Below are positions 62,648 through 64,000 of a DNA stretch of 64,000 bases, in pieces. Source of the DNA: Octopus sinensis (lineage: Eukaryota); NCBI RefSeq assembly GCF_006345805.1, contig NC_043006.1, forward strand, positions 2,418,001 through 2,482,000, written 5' to 3'. How positions within the stretch are numbered: position 1 is the stretch's first letter; every line of letters starts with the position of its first letter. Both the position numbers and the translations under genes were made by a program. The notes under the pieces are model-generated. The model was not told the origin of the DNA and searched no databases. It saw only the letters and a list, made by a program, of their open reading frames with translations.

Positions 62648-63298
62648 TAAACGCGGTCTGCTATTTTATCTACTCTTATTTTGATATCAAATTAATAATG
62701 TGTGCTATTATAATTATTAGTCCTATCATTTATTAGCATCAATACAAAATAATATACCTTTATAAGGGAAAAATAGAATTGTTTATATCCATTTTAGATT
62801 CAGTTACACCCACTACCTTTGTTTCAAAAAAAAAATTCGGGGTTGGGGGTGTTATAAACATCCGAGTGTTTTAGGATGGTATTTGCGAAAGATTGTTTAA
62901 AAAGAAAACGGTCTGACAACATTAAAGTACATAAAAACAGTCAGGCACGTCTGCACAAATGTAGACACATGCTCACACTCACCCATACAAACATAGGCAA
63001 GTACATACCAAAATCGGATTTCCTTTCTTTCTTCTGTCTTTCTCCTACTCACTCAATTTCTATCTCTTTATTTTTTGCCCCTACTCTCTAGCTTCTAATA
63101 AGATGCCCTTTCTCCTTACATCCACTTTAACCCGGTTGCTGATGCCTTAATTAACTGCCACAATTATTTATTATCCATTTTGATGCTAAAATTTTTATTT
63201 GCCACATTATCATTGACTGATTAACGGTATTGTCAGTTAAAAGTGAAAAGATATTTTGAAAAGCGACAGCGTGAAACTAGGAGTACATAACTGTTTAA

Positions 63299-63339
<41 letters not shown>

Positions 63340-63456
63340 TCTCTCTCTCTCTCTCAGGTGTACGCTCCGCATGACGGCATCTCAATATGTGACATCCTGC
63401 AACAGTCGCCTCCATTCACCTGCCGCTACCGACTTCTGACATGCTATTAAACATAC

Positions 63457-63494
<38 letters not shown>

Positions 63495-63712
63495 CACACA
63501 CATACACACTTATGTATATGCATATTAACTCACCTGAAAGGTAATTTTTTTTATCCTGTGGGATGTCAAAAATTACCTTGCTCATTAAGTAAATTTAGTG
63601 GGGCTACCAGTCCAGTCACCGACGAACCGATTATGCAATAGGTCGTATTACGTTACATGCCACCTGTAGTGCTCACAAGCGGCTCCGAAGTAAAATTGCA
63701 CTTCATGCTTGA

Positions 63713-63771
63713 AGCTCCGATGAAGCAATAGGGTGATTCATTGCATCCTATAGCAGAAACAACTGTAAGCT
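63713..63771 (+). ncRNA. Type I hammerhead motif (same family as 15167)
   Basis: AGCT-CCGATGA(63717)-a-GCaATAGG...CCTATaGC-a-GAAA(63756)-CAACTG-TA-AGCT. Confidence 0.65.
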
Positions 63772-63827
63772 GGTGAAATTCATAATATAAGTGTTTAATA
63801 CTCTTTCTGTCTAATTTCTTACTCACA

Positions 63828-63858
<31 letters not shown>

Positions 63859-63860
63859 CA

Positions 63861-64000
63861 CAAGGGGTGCTGTAAAGTTCCTGGTTTTGTGTAAAAGGAA
63901 ATACAGGCGGATCAGTTATGATTTTATTCAACATGTTCCCCTCTCAGATTCACACACTTGTTACAGCGGTCCTTCAGTTTTTCTAAACCTTGTGAAAGAA
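63861..64000 (-). mobile_element. mariner-derived MITE (same family as 41750), cut by the window edge
   Basis: TIR 'aggggtgctgtaaagttcctgg'; reverse match to 41820-41950. Confidence 0.85.

Noticed and set aside
63358-63450. Candidate terminal exon after (CT)n-CAG
   Set aside because: The acceptor tract is simply a microsatellite; the 30-aa peptide is unrecognisable

Overview
Very AT-rich, microsatellite-saturated eukaryotic DNA with no intact host protein-coding gene that I can recognise. The SINE families, RTE LINE tails and simple-repeat density look like an octopus/cephalopod genome; this is an inference from repeat recognition. The window is mostly nested mobile-element debris. Retroelements: a Ty3/Gypsy element with the unusual integrase-before-RT (Gmr1-type) order plus its 3' LTR and PPT (8.0-11.8 kb, -); a 3.4 kb RTE LINE with a PHD-like finger inside ORF2 (19.8-23.2 kb, -); a Tx1/L1-type LINE (58.9-61.7 kb, -); R4/Dong and CR1 fragments; and several tRNA-derived SINE families. 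DNA transposons: a DD37D maT element, and hAT, piggyBac-type and mariner MITEs with intact TIRs/TSDs. The most striking unannotated signal is about 15 type I hammerhead-ribozyme or hammerhead-like motifs from several unrelated sequence families. Most have a palindromic stem III and lie in or next to (TA)n/(CA)n tracts. Several form inverted Penelope-pLTR-like pairs, and one sits in a ~294 bp terminally redundant, hairpin-rich retrozyme-like unit. A few candidate exons and CpG-retaining patches suggest a sparse host transcript, but none is supported by recognisable protein. Most ORFs in the supplied track are microsatellite artefacts. Coordinates of degraded repeats are approximate (about +/-20 bp).
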